In this document: positions 15,230-28,184 of the stretch, one piece after another
Position numbering within the stretch: the first letter of the stretch is position 1
Layout of the letters: every line of letters begins with the position of its first letter
From: Podarcis pityusensis
Lineage: Eukaryota
Assembly: GCA_964106645.2 (NCBI GenBank)
Contig: OZ067041.1
Strand: one strand, 5' to 3'
DNA length: 64,000 bases
Notes under the pieces: model-generated
What the model saw: the letters and a program-made list of their open reading frames with translations, nothing else
What the model was told of the DNA's origin: nothing
The model's database searches: none
Made by a program: the position numbers and the translations under genes

Positions 15230-18115
15230 TATACTGCAATGGATTGCAAATAGGTTGCTTGCTTGCATTTTTTTCTTATTGTAATGTTTTGGGTCTTTTC
15301 CATTTGGGTACCGTTCTGTTTTTAAAGTAGATGGTAAGTTCTTGCAATTAAAATAGGAATATTTTACTGGCTACGACTGTAACCACTTGTATGTATTGCA
15401 CTGGAGATTACGTCTACTCAAAATGATTCCCAGAATACTGTGTTGTGTGTGAAATGACCCATGGACAAAAACTCCATATAAACGTGGGATTGCAGGGAAA
15501 TTAGTAGAATAAGAAGAATGCTAGTTGGCTAATTTTCATAACACTGTATGAATGCACACAATAAAATGCAAATACTCTACTGTTTTGTTGAAAACATCAG
15601 ATTAATATTAAGGATGTGTCAGGTGAATTCTAAAACAAGGCAATTAAATTATTTGTCAGAGTTTCCCCCCAGTTAATTTACATAGTTAAATGCAACACTA
15701 GTCTTTATGGCAAAATGTTTCTCTTTGTTTCACATTACCATAAATAAAAGTGAATTATGTTATTTCCTTGTGAAGCTGTATTGTATAAACAGTAGTTTAT
15801 ACTGCATCCTGAATGGGAAGGCAACTGTAAAAGCCTGACTAACCACACTTAGGCCTCAGTAACTCCTCTAAGAGCAAAGTTAAATGCTAGTCTGTGGATA
15901 TGAAGGGTGTCTTTCCAGGCAACCAAGAAAGAACAAAAGAAAGTCTCTGCGGATGGTAACGTATCCTTGCTGAAAAATAGTGTATAGGACTCAAAACAAG
16001 CTCCCTGTCAAATCCCCCAAATGTTCGTTGGCCACAGGCTGTTCCTATGTGAACACATTAGCTGCAAGGGAATATCCCCAGTAGCTGAAGGCATCATACA
16101 TATGCTAGCCCTTGGCCTGAGAGGGTCGGGGAGACTGTCCATATGGCAGAAATGCCTTAGCTGAGTGGAAAGCTTGCTTTCCTTCTTCGTCAACACAAAG
16201 AGCTGCCAGCTGACAGGACTTTGGGTCCTCCTGTCTGCCACTGTAAAATTATATGCTTCACTGCTTGCCCCCCTTTGCTGCCAAAAGGATTGCAAGGAGA
16301 GCAGAAACAGGCAGGGCATTTTTTTTTATAAGCATGTAACATGTGAGGGAAATTCCATGCAGACCACATGAATCCCCCTCCCTGGTGCCCTTTTCATTCT
16401 TCCTGGTCGGGGTTTGCATTTGGGGAAAACACTGAACATGCTAGATGCTGTTTTGTGTTTTCCTCTAGACAATGTGATTTAGCACCTGACATCCTTCTTT
16501 TAAGCCTATGTAACCAACATGAGTTGTTTAGCTTATTTTGTAGTTGTTGATATGTTAACAGTGTTTTATAGATTGCAATTGTTTTGCTGACGATTTGTTA
16601 ATTATTCTGTATGATTTATGCAGGGTTTGTGATGTCCTATCACGCTATTGTTATTTATTGTTTGTAAGTCACTTTGGGGTTCATTTGAAAGAAATGTGGC
16701 ACTGAAACAGAAGAAATCAATCAAATAGTAAAGAAGTGGCTTAATTAGGCCTGTTACTTTAAGGATCTCCAAGGCTTTTAAGAGCAGGTGTGTAAATTGG
16801 GGTGGGGAGAGAGAGAAAGCAACCCAAGGCTTTGGAAGCCATTTTGATTAAGAGCTGCTGAAGAGCTGAAGGAGTGAATTTCGTGGCAGGCCTGGCCTAC
16901 CTTGTTTTAAAGGGTGAGCCCTATTTGCCTAGTTATTATCTTGGGGGGGGGGAGGTCTTTCAAATCCACATGGCAAGGACAGCAAAATAGATTTGTGACT
17001 GTTTTCAATTTTTTTCTAGAATATGCTAGAACCCTGAGTCAGGAACTCCCATTTCCCACCAGGGCTGCTCTGCAAGGACCAACCCCTTTCCTCAGCAATC
17101 CTGCTTTTTTGGGTTAGGAGGGTTGGGGAAGCAAAAGGATATTCAAAGTCCTGAGATGGAAGAAGACTTTGGCTTGGGAAAGTCTGCTGCTATTTGTTAG
17201 AGCTTTATCTAGTTAAGAGCTGGATCTGAAGGAAGTTTGAACCATTCATCCCAGGTGCTACTTTTTGTATAATCCAAGTAGATGATAGGAGGCTGTGGGT
17301 TTTTTTGTGTGGGGTGTGTGTGTTGGAGTGTGTGTGAAATATAGGACAGTACTTGCCTATTATCCTGGACTAAACAACAACAACAACAAATTTCTTATAC
17401 CCTGCCCATCTGACCAGCCACTATGGGTAAGCATGGCTTCCCTGTTGGCAAGTAGTGCCTTATGTTTTAGTATCTGTCCCACAGTTTGTGTCTGATCAGG
17501 GGACTCTCCTGCAGATGGATCTGAGGGAAAGTTTTTTTGAGTTGTTGTTTTTTTAATCGAAACTGCATAATCCATTCAAACTCCAGTTCCCCAACCACCA
17601 CTGACTGGTAGGGGAAGTTCATTCCAGGGCCCTGGTGGAACCTAATGCAAGGCAAGGTCTGCTGTCTGAGATCTTCTATCTGCACAGTCACAGAATTTAT
17701 GAAGGCAGGATCGATGCTGTGTGCCTGAGTCTTTCCAGCGAAAGGTGGCATATTTGCAGATGAACCATACAAACAGTGGCAAGAAATTTCTGAAGTGCTG
17801 CTTCTCCCACTTTGGAGTGATGTAGGACGTTCAGTGTTTGTGTCTTTGCCTGCTGTTGCCCATAACTTTTGGCATGGGGCAAAATCTTCTGGCAGCAACT
17901 CTGTCAGCACACTCGCAAACAGAAATAATTGCATGACCATGCATCATATTATGCTGGATGACACACAAACAAGTATGACAACACAGATAGTTAATACGTG
18001 GTGAAACATACCTTGGAATGAGATTGGTGCAATGTGTTATGGGTAGTGGATTATTGGATTGTTCTTGTGTTTATTATGAATTTTGTGTTTTTATAGTGTC
18101 ATTTTATATTGTATA

Positions 18116-18349
18116 CAGTGGTACCTCGGATTACATACGCTTCAGGTTACATACGCTTCAGGTTACAGACTCCGCTAACCCAGAAATAGTGCTTCAGGTT
18201 AAGAACTTTGCTTCAGGATGAGAACAGAAATCGTGCTCTGGCGGCAGCAGGAGGCCCCATTAGCTAAAGTGGTGCTTCAGGTTAAGAACAGTTTCAGGTT
18301 AAGTACGGACCTCCGGAACGAATTAAGTACTTAACCCGAGGTACCACTG
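18116..18349. mobile_element. MITE family A, opposite orientation to the 14985 copy
   Basis: Same TIRs and TA flanks; internal sequence is the reverse complement of the 14985 copy. Confidence 0.88.
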
Positions 18350-18549
18350 TACTGTCCTGAAACCTGTGGGTATAGGGCGGTATACAAATTTAATAAATAA
18401 TAATAATAATTCTTGGCCTGTTGTTGTCCAGAGACAGGAGACAATACCAGCCTGTTCCAGAGATTTATTCTGAGCAGGATTTTGTTAAAACAGCTGCAAC
18501 ACCAAAGTAACTTTCTGAGTTGTGTACATTGTTAGCTTATTCTTAAATA

Positions 18550-18761
18550 CAGGGGTACCTCGGGTTACATACCCTTCAGGTTACAGACTCCACTAACCCA
18601 GAAATATTACCTTAGGTTAAGAACTTTGCTTCAGTATGAGAACAGAAATCTTGCAACAGCAGGAGGCCCCATTAGCTAAAGAGGTGCTTCAGGTTCAGAA
18701 CAGTTTCAGGTTAAGAACAGACTTCCAGAACGAATTAAGTTCTTAACCCAAGGTACCACTG
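18550..18761. mobile_element. MITE family A
   Basis: Same TIRs and TA flanks; 200 bp from the previous copy, same orientation. Confidence 0.85.
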
Positions 18762-20510
18762 TACCAAGTTTCTTTAGATTACTATTAAAATAAATGTTTC
18801 ATTAAAAGCTTAATTATGCACATCTACTTATTTAAAATGTAGATTTAAATGCCCTTCTGCATGATTTTAAAGTGTACTTTTGAGTTCATGCATCCCCTCC
18901 CTCCATGAAAATTCTTTTTTTAAAATTATGGGTCCAATACTACATGTACTGGGATGCCAAAACCTACCAATTAATTTCGGTGTCAAAGTGAGTGATCTTC
19001 TTTCATCACTGAATAGATTGTAAGGGAAAGAAGAACTGAATGGTGGTGGTGGGAAGAAAATGGACCAAAAAAAGTGTGCCCTTTTCCATTCCCCTCAGCA
19101 ATTTACTCTTCCTTTTCCTGCAATTATTTGCATGACCTTCCTTCTTAATAATGTGGATGACAATGCAGCTTGAATGTAGGAAGGAAATGCTTACCATTTA
19201 CAGACTCTCACTCTCTCAAAGCTGAATTTCTTGTAAAAATCATTGCATCAATAACTTGGTTCATCATTTTGGAAATAGTATCATCAGTGCACTTATCACT
19301 TAAGGCATAAGTGTTGAAGCAATTGCTTCAATCACTGCCAATCACCGTGTCTTTGTTCGGCTGATGGAGCTAGTATTACGCTTCATGTACATATTTCATT
19401 ACGCTGTGTCTCATTGACCACCTACTGAGAATGCTAGACATTTCCCTTTGGGATTTCATGTTTCTATCCTTAGAAAAGCAGAGTGTTCCAGTAAAAGCTG
19501 AGATGCAGACTAGATGAGATATGTCTGAGAGTTTATTCTATTTTCTGTTTTACATAACTGTGCAAGCAGGAAATGGTGCATGTAGTCAGGTTTGGGGTTG
19601 TTTTTTTAAAGCAAAATTCTTTTAAACAATGTTCCAATCATTGCCCTGTCACCACTTCTATGCACATTAAGGCATGGGTATGTTATTCTGGGTTATCTGT
19701 ACTCAAATTCAAAAAGATTGCAAAGCATCCCTCCCTGAATGTTCTTTGTTACTAGAATAGTGATGAACCACCCTAGGTATGGGGACTATTATTGCTACAT
19801 GTTGCTGTTACCATATAAGTGTTCACACCCAGAAGAGTATGACTTATTATCCCGTGTGGGGGGCCTCTGTGGCTAAGATAAACTCCACTTGAGGAATGAT
19901 GAAGTAGTTGCCTTCTACATAAGACCTACTTACTATGACTTTATATGATCAGGTATTGCCTCAGCCTCTTTTCTCCCCCACACCTAACTCCCCACAGCAC
20001 CAAAAAAAAGAGGCAATCTCCAGTGTAGTCCACACTGATGGTATGGTTACTTTACTGATGGTATATTTTCCCTTTATTTTATGTGTAAGATCATGACAAC
20101 TTTAGAATAGCCTAGATGTTTTACGATTATGCCTTTTAAAGGCTCTCCCCCATGTTTTATGTTGGTACTTGAATGTAATATGCTGCTTTGACTCGCGTTT
20201 TTTCATAGGTTTCTTGCTTTTCCTTTGTATAAGAGTCATTATTGACATTTATTGCCATTTGTTTATGGAGCATTCTGTTATAAACAAATTTTTCAGGATA
20301 CCACTGCTCTGTAACAACTAGTACTTTCTGGTCCAAAGAATAGCTGTCCTCTAGGAGGCATACCAAAGAATGTAGCATTCGGCCTCTTCAAGGAGAGTTG
20401 TACTATATAGTCAAAGATATATAAACAATGCCGTGTGTGAATGGTATTTGGAGAAAGATGTCCAAAGTAAAGCACACTGTTGCAGAAGAACACCGAGAGA
20501 AAAATAGTTA

Positions 20511-20677
20511 CCGTATTTTTCTGTGTATAAGACTAGGTTTTTTTACTAAAAAATTATGTTAAGAAAGGGGGGGTAGTCTTTTACACGGAGGCAATCTTCC
20601 CCCCATTTTCTAATTCTGAGCCTCCAAAATAGGGGGCATCTTATACATGAGGGCATGTTATACACGGAAAAATACAG
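20511..20677. mobile_element. Tc1/mariner-superfamily MITE, family B
   Basis: TIR CCGTATTTTTCTGTGTATAA / TTATACACGGAAAAATACAG, TA flanks. Confidence 0.8.
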
Positions 20678-21035
20678 TATAGTATTTATAAAGACCTCTG
20701 GGGAGTCATTCTGCTACCGGCAGTTAAGTAAATCATCTTTCTCTTTTTGAAGCTTTATTATCTGTGGCTTCATTTATTTAAGGCTGAGTTGCACAAAGAA
20801 AAGGGATCAGATTGAGCAAGCTGGATCCCAGTGATACTTCTTTTTCTTAAGTAAATTAAATGGTTTAAAATCGAAAATTAATGAACAGAAGCATCTTAGA
20901 GATTTCTAGTTATCTTGTTGAACAAACGTATGATGATAAGTGTAAGAACTAGCTATAATTTGCTTTAGTTCCTATGGATTTCTGGCATCCAACAATAAAG
21001 GTGAATTGGGCCTATTGAGGTATTTTGTACAATTA

Positions 21036-21294
21036 CTGTATTTTTTGCTCTATAAGACTCACTTTTTCCCTCCTAAAAAGTAAGGGGAAATGTGTGTGCG
21101 TCTTATGGAGCGAATGCAGGCTGCGCAGCTATCCCAGAAGCCAGAACAGCAAGAGGGATTGCTGCTTTCACTGCGTAGTGATCCCTCTTGCTGTTCTGGC
21201 TTCTGAGATTCAGAATTTTTTTTTTCTTGTTTTCCTTCTCCAAAAACTAGGTGCATCTTGTGGTCTGGTGCGTCTTATAGAGCGAAAAATACGG
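21036..21294. mobile_element. Tc1/mariner-superfamily MITE, family B-related
   Basis: TIR CTGTATTTTTTGCTCTATAAGAC / GTCTTATAGAGCGAAAAATACGG, TA flanks. Confidence 0.82.
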
Positions 21295-22481
21295 TATATC
21301 TCACAGAATTCATGCTTGATTTGTCTTACAGCCACTTGTGATTTTGAACATTTTATTTTATACTTGACTAATTCAGAAAACCAGTTGTCCTTAAACTTAG
21401 CTAAGGTCTAGACAGTGCCACCAGCATTTATTTATGAGCCCTCAAATACTAAAATGATCAATACTATAGAAATGCCTTTATTTAGGTGGCTAATTCCCAG
21501 AGTATAGAGTTACATACTGGCCCAGAATGTCTTGATTTTGTCTAATAGAAATATGATCTGAAGAGAAACCAGAGTTTTATTTTTCTTTTGCCAGATTGCA
21601 TCCGTGCCTGTTTTTGTTTTGTTTTTTATTATGCTAGCATAATTATCAGTAAAGTCGCTTAATGGGGAACAATTCACTTACTTTGTTAAGAATAACATCA
21701 AATATATATTTATGGTTTTGTAAGACATATTAGGTTCGATAGAGGCTTGTGTTTAATGCTGGAGGAAAGGGTGGGAGGAATGCAATTTCTGCATATTCCT
21801 TTTACTGTTTCCTTCCAAAAAGCCTGCTCCAGTGGACTGGGGGGCTCTCCACAACTGCATGAGGTGATGCTCTGGATTACAGGGTAAAAGCAGAAATAGT
21901 GAAAAATGGCTTCCTCTATCAGAAGCCCCCCCCCCTTTGAATTTTGCTTTCCTCTGCGAAGGGAAAGAGCCCTTCCATTACAAGTGTAAATTCAACCTTT
22001 TTATTTTTTAAAAAATGTTCTTTGTGTGAAACAAGAACCAGCCCTTCCTCTGGACACAAAACATTAATCCCAAACTGAAACTGTATGTAACAGGAAAAAA
22101 AGGATTATGGATATATCTTCTGGTACTTTACTAAGAGCTTCATTTCCCTGGAAATCTAGACCACGTCAGTATTTTGTCATCTTACGCCACCTTCCACCTT
22201 GCATTTTAGCCAACTCAAGCAACATGTAATAGTAAATCATAGCAGTCTAGTGTGTTCCCGTGTTTTACTCTTGTGTTTTCCTCTCCAAGCTGTTTGTGGC
22301 GATTCTGGACTATCCTGGTTTATGCTTTTCTGACATTTTCCCCAAAGCAGTAGAGAACTGAGAGAATGAATGCAATTCTGAAACTGCAGTACTGTACCTG
22401 CATCTATAGTTTACACAGATACATTTACTTCAGTTTGGAACTAAACTTTATCTGCTGAGTGATATATTTTCTCTGGGCTCA

Positions 22482-22514
<33 letters not shown>
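22482..22514. repeat. (GAT)n microsatellite
   Basis: 11 perfect units. Confidence 0.97.
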
Positions 22515-24067
22515 CTAAAACTTCTGTTGCTCAGTTTTTCAGTTGTGAGTTAAATTAGCACAGCCAGCCATTAGGAAGTAAAGATACACAGTATCTTCTT
22601 TGGTTAATTGGGAAGGTTTGAGGAAAAACACACACTAATGTGCCAGTTATAAGATTCTGCAGTGCTAAGTCCAGGTTGCAGAGATCCTTTCCAAAATAAA
22701 ACCACCACACATTAGAACAGGATTTATATGTTGTTAGCTAACTTGGCAGGACCTTAAACAAAAGCAACAACAGCTAAGGAACATACATACTAAAAATCTA
22801 ACCTACATTTCCCCTTCACTGTGTACCTTAGTGATTTACAGAAACTTAAGTGTTTTGTATTGTTTTTGCCTATAGGTCCCAGGGGTGGAGTACTGTACTT
22901 ACTCAGGCTTCTGTGCCCAGATAGATTCTGCTAATAGGCCAGCACTCGGCGGAAACAGGTAGGTTCATAATCCGCTTTCTTTTTATTAGGAACGACATAT
23001 AGAAACATAAGAATCTTGCTGCTAGACAGAGCATCACATACATCAGAGGTGGAGAATTCTTTTCAGCCAAAGGAATACATTCCTTTCTGAGCAGCCATGG
23101 GGGGGGGGGGGGGACACATACCAGTGTGGGAAGGGTAAGAGGGAAAACTAGCTGGAGAAATGAATATAAATGTTACTTCTGTATGTAGGCTGCTTTCCAC
23201 AGAAAATCACACACCCCTTTCTATTCTCCATCCTGTCAAGCAAGAGGAACTACCATAGTTCAAGAACACATTCCAGCCAGACAGTAACGTGCAAGGAGGG
23301 TATGAAGCAAGGCAGGTGAGGGGTTGGTCTTTTTGACGGAGGGCCTCTGGACAGAGGAGTTGGTGTTGCCTGAGGAGAGTCCCAAGGGTCAGGCAGAGAG
23401 GCCTGGAGAGCCACATTTAGTCCCTGAACCTGAGCTTCCCCACCCCTCTCATACAGTCTTACCACTCATTCAGGTACTTCTTTCTCACATACATGTGTTG
23501 GTTTAAACCACACCAGACAAGTATCAGAGAAGAAACTAAGCTGTTACATAAAATGGATAAGATGCATGAAGCAACAATTCCCTGTTTATCATTTTTTAAC
23601 TTCGCCTTTGTCAAATTTCAGAGACTCTCTAAGTTTATTTTATGGATTTATAAAGATCTGCTTTATCTGTGCCATGAAATATTGATAGGGCAAGATAGCT
23701 TTGCAATACCATTGTAGTTCATTCTGGGAAAGTCAACCTCAGCCAACTGGACATATTTATGTTCTGTGGGAGCCTCTGTACACAAAATTGGAGAGTTGGT
23801 TAAATACATCAAAGTGAACCAAGCAGCTTTTGTCTTCTCCCCTGGTAACTGGCTAGCAAGCAGGAAGCAGAGGCAAAGAATATATGGATAGTTTTCACAG
23901 TGGAAAGAAGTAATCAGCAGGGCGCCTTAAGGATCAATATCCCACAAGGATCTGTACTGGGAAAAGTCCTATGTAATTTATTCATGAATAATCTCAAGTC
24001 AGGAGTGAGGCAACCATATATTCAAGTGTTAGCAAATTATTCAGGAAGGTGAAAATTGATGCAGAGT

Positions 24068-24178
24068 GCTGACTGCTCAGTTGGTTAGAGCATGGTGCTG
24101 ACAACACTAAGGTTGCAGGTTCAGTGCCTATAGGGGATAGCTGCATATTCCTGCATTGCAGGCGGTTGGAATAGATAG
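24068..24178 (+). mobile_element. tRNA-derived SINE (5' part; tail resumes near 24519-24545 and 24628-24640)
   Basis: A-box/B-box-like gctcagttggttagagcatggtg...gcaggttcagtgcc, then cctgcattgcaggcggttggaatagat; tail ends tctatgattcta. Confidence 0.65.
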
Positions 24179-24179
24179 T

Positions 24180-24518
24180 AATTTATTTATACCCCGCCCA
24201 TCTGGCTGAGTTTCCCCAGCTACTCTGGGTGGCTCCCAATCGAGTGTTAAAAACAATACAGCATTAAATATTAAAAACTTCCCTAAGCAGGGCTGTTTTC
24301 AGATGTCTTTTTAAAAAAGGATAGCTGCTTATTTCCTTGACATCTGATGGGAGGGCGTTCCACAGGGCGGGCGCAGCTACCGAGAAGGCCCTCTGTCTGC
24401 TTCCCTGTAACCTCACTTCTTGCCATGAGGGAACCGACAGAAGGCCCTCGGTGCTGAATCTTAGTGTCCAGGCTGAACAATGGGGGTGGAGATGCTCCTT
24501 CAGGTATACAGGACTGAG
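24180..24518 (-). mobile_element. L2-clade LINE 3' end (5'-truncated)
   Basis: ORF 24264..24536 has the L2 ORF2 C-terminal signature RAFSVAAPALWNALP...KRHLKTAL; (ATAA)n-type tail. Confidence 0.8.
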
Positions 24519-25302
24519 GATGATCCTTGGGATCAATTCCAGCTTGATGTTTTATGTTCTAATTTGTTGGAAGCTGGCCAGAGTGGCTGGGGCAATGCAG
24601 CCAGATGGACAGCATATAAATAATAAATTCTATGATTCTAAGATCTCTCCAGACTGGGTGTGTGAGAAACAGCATGACATTCAGTGTAGGTAAATGCAAA
24701 GTTTGAGACAATAAAGTCCGATTTTTGTATATGTACTGTTAGGATGTATGTCGGTTGTGACTATGCAACAGACCTTGGGGTCATAGTGAAATGTTCCATG
24801 GAAATGCCAGATTTTATGTTTATTCATTGCTATGGATTATTAGGAAAGGATTTGAAAATAAAACAGCTAGTATAATATAGTCTTTATAAAATATATATTT
24901 TGCAGCCGCATATGGAATACTTCTCACAGTTCAATTACTTCATCTCAGAAAAGCGTACTGAAGGACTAGAAAAGGTTCAGAAAGGGTAATGAAAATGACA
25001 AGAGGTTGGAGCATCTTTTCTGCAAGGAAAACCTCTAGCATTAGAGGCTTTAAAAAACAGCATGCTCATAGTTTTAAAAAAGTTATGGCGCAGATGAAAT
25101 CAATATAATGGAGATTCCCCCCCCCCCTTTCTTAATAGCACTTGTGGTTGATAGTAGATTCAAGATAGACCAAGAAAGTACTGTTTGACACAACATTTAC
25201 ATAGAACTTGCAGAATTCACTTTCACAAGATGTGGTGGAAGCCACTAGTTAAGGTAAATATTTGAATGGTAGTCCCTGGTGGATGGTGGAGAAACAATAG
25301 GG

Positions 25303-25517
25303 CAGGCATGTCCAAAGCCAGTTTTGTGGGCCCACCGGTCGGCTTAATCTGGCCCCTGTGGCAGTTTTCCTGGGGCAAAATCCTAAAAAAAACACCTCAA
25401 CAACTTCAATCCTAAGAAAAGCTCAACCACTTGGGGGAAACTCCTTAAAAAAGCTCAACTTCAGTCCTTGACTTCATCAAATCTGGCCCCCCTTTGAAAA
25501 AAGTTTGGACACCGCTG
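25303..25517. mobile_element. Non-autonomous hAT element inserted in a CR1 3' region
   Basis: TIR CAGGCATGTCCAAA / TTTGGACACCGCTG; 8-bp flanks CAATAGGG/CCATAGGG. Confidence 0.75.
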
Positions 25518-27181
25518 CCATAGGGAGAGGCCTGCTGCCTTTGGCCCATGCTTGTGGGCTTCCTGGAAGTATCTGGCTTGTCTCTGTTAGAAGCAGGATG
25601 GATATTGAACCAGCTGGACTATTTGTCTTACTTAGAAGATCTAGCTGTTAATTCTCCACTGAAAGGGCCTAAAGTGCATGGCACTATTACCTAATCAGAT
25701 AGTCATGTATTGATATCCATGTGCCTGAGCCTCGTACTACATGGTTGACTCACTGAGAGTAATCAACAAGTAGATCTCCAGATGACAAGTATCTTGGGTA
25801 ATAAGATTTGAGGAGGATGTTGAGGTGAAGTGAATGTTTGCATAGCTTGCAGCAGTGCTTCCTGTTTAAATACAATACAGAATTCTGTGAACAGGCTCAA
25901 CTAACCCTCTGTCATTTGTAGTGCATAATGTGCTAATATGGGGAGTGTTGATACAGTTTTCTTTAAAAGAAATATATGAAAATGGACTAGTGTCATGAAT
26001 TAAAAATTCTCCCACAATCATATTCAGGAGGTTGCAAAACATTTCCTAATGAACAATTCACTTGTGCATTTAATTCTTCCTGTTATCACCTTCTCCCTGG
26101 GTAGTTTATGTGATTTGTTACTTTTAGTTCTTAACTGGAACCTGGAGAGCTAAAGAATATGAGTGTGTTGTTTTGAATAAAAATATTGTTACGTCTGAAC
26201 ATTAAATAATTGTGACACCCAGGAAAAGTTTCTTTCAGGAGGGTGGAATCCTGCTTTAAGCAGGAGGGAGCACAGTTTTCTTGCCTTTATTTCTTTGTAT
26301 TTAGTCAGATTGCCCACATGACTGTGACTTTTCAAGATGTGAAAATCATTTGTTCCTTGATGTGCACATTGTTCCATGCAATACACAAGCAGGGGGTGGA
26401 TGCTAAAAATAAAAATCCAAGTCCTCTGTCCAGAACACTTACATTATGTCATATAAATAACACACACACATTATTCAGATGGGCATGATTTTGCTGAAAT
26501 TATCTTCTTCAGTTGCACAATTGATTACTTATAAACTTCAGTTCCGCTCATGGCTACCTACTAGTGGTGGCAGCATGACACTTCTACTAAAAATGAGGAT
26601 TGAGGAACATGCATAGTTTATAAATTTACTCTCTATTGCCCATGTACACAATGCTACTTCACAATAATGGTTTTGTGTGTGCTCAGTGCCTGAAGCAGAA
26701 TTGTGTCTATCACAGTGGCACTGTGAAAAGAAAATCTCCTTTGTCTTCTGCTGCAGAACTCCATAGATCTGCCCTAGAAAACTTTCTGAGATCATCTGAG
26801 AGCTAAAGCTGAAGCCTAGAGATGGGCAGATCTCTCTGATAAATTTTGCTAGTCTTACTGTTTTGTATGTTTTGCCAGAGAAGAAAGGTTCAAATTCATC
26901 TGGCAATGTACCTTTAGAGGTGCAGAGTTCCCCTATATTCATCAGATTTTTTATTTTCATCACTTGAAATTCTTCTGATTTCACCTGAGCAGCAACCCTG
27001 CAACCCTTGTTTTGGATGAAATTCAGGGGGAACTTGATAGATTGTATGTATGTATGTATGTATTTGATTTTTTCATGTAAGCTGTTTGGACATCAGCATA
27101 ACCCTTTCCCATCATGGAAGTGTAGAACTTCCTGTCAGCATTTGGTCCTATTAACATATTGACTAAACTTACTCATTTGTC

Positions 27182-27625
27182 ATACAGAGATTTGGTAACC
27201 TCTAGGCTAGATTACTACAGTCCATTATGCATAGGGCTGTTTCTGAAGATGTTTCAGAAACTTCAGCTGGTGCAGAATTGGGCAGCTGGGCTGCTCACTG
27301 GGGCAAGACAGTTTGAGCATATTACACCGATTCTGACCTAACTGCAATGGCTGCCAATTAGTTTCTGGGCCCAATTAAAAGTGTGGGTGTTGGCTTATAA
27401 CGCCTTAAACAGCTCAGGACTGCAATACCTCAAGGAACGCCACTCCCCATCATCATCATCATCTGAGCCCCTTATTTGTGTTCCTCATCCATGAGAATGG
27501 GCCTTTTCTGCTGTGACTCAGCATTTGTGGAATGAGCTCAGAGAAGCTCGCCTGGCGCCTTTATTACATATCCTTAGGCACCAGGTGAAAACGTTTCTCT
27601 ATAACCAGGCCTTTGGCTGAATAAT
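27182..27625 (+). mobile_element. L2-clade LINE ORF2 fragment
   Basis: LVTSRLDY...KLQLVQNWAAGLLTGARQFEHITPIL signature followed by degraded C-terminal sequence. Confidence 0.8.
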
Positions 27626-27872
27626 GTTCTATATATAATAATTTAAGGAAAAACAAGATATAAAGCAGCCTGTTGCATTATTAAGTGATTATGTATTATT
27701 ATTTATTATTATTTATTTAATTTCTATACTGCCCTGTACCTGAAGGTTTCAGGGCGGTTTGACCTTCATTGTATGGCAGCTTCCTGAGTTCAATGTAATC
27801 ATGCTGAAGAAGAAAATGTCAGGTGACTTCTGATGAAGTGAAAGAATAATTCCATACTGAAAAATCCCTGTT

Positions 27873-27878
27873 TTTATT
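27873..27878 (-). terminator. Polyadenylation signal AATAAA of the GluK1b transcript
   Basis: TTTATT on the + strand, ~310 nt downstream of the stop codon. Confidence 0.7.
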
Positions 27879-28184
27879 CATTTAGAAAGCACATACAGCA
27901 ATGAATGGGGAAGTAGTAGAGAGAGATGCAAAATAGGTGACCGTAGAAATCATTTCAAAAGTAAAAGCGAGACGTTTCCTGGGTGATTTGTAGTACATCA
28001 GTCTTATGTGAGTTCTGATACTGCTGTACCGCCTCGAGATTAAAAAAGGGGAAATCACACTGAATTTCTGAGATGTAAGCTGTCTCTTTTTAAAAATCCC
28101 TCTGTACAATTGTCTGGTAGGCATAAAAAGTTTTTTGCTTTGCCTTTTACTCAAGATCTCTTCCATGGGGAAAGTTGAACTCAT

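Larger units (their letters stand above)
23890..25640 (+). mobile_element. Degraded CR1 LINE 3' portion, interrupted by younger insertions
   Basis: CR1 ORF2-like motifs (cccacaaggatctgtactggg, aaatgcaaagt, gaccttggggtcatagtg, gaaaaggttcagaaag) with frameshifts; boundaries approximate. Confidence 0.65.

Noticed and set aside
24068-24135. tRNA-like sequence
   Set aside because: Degenerate and continuous with a SINE body; not a tRNA gene.
1-27800. Exons of a neighbouring gene (BACH1 is next to GRIK1 in mammals)
   Set aside because: No BACH1-like or other coding exon recognised in this stretch.
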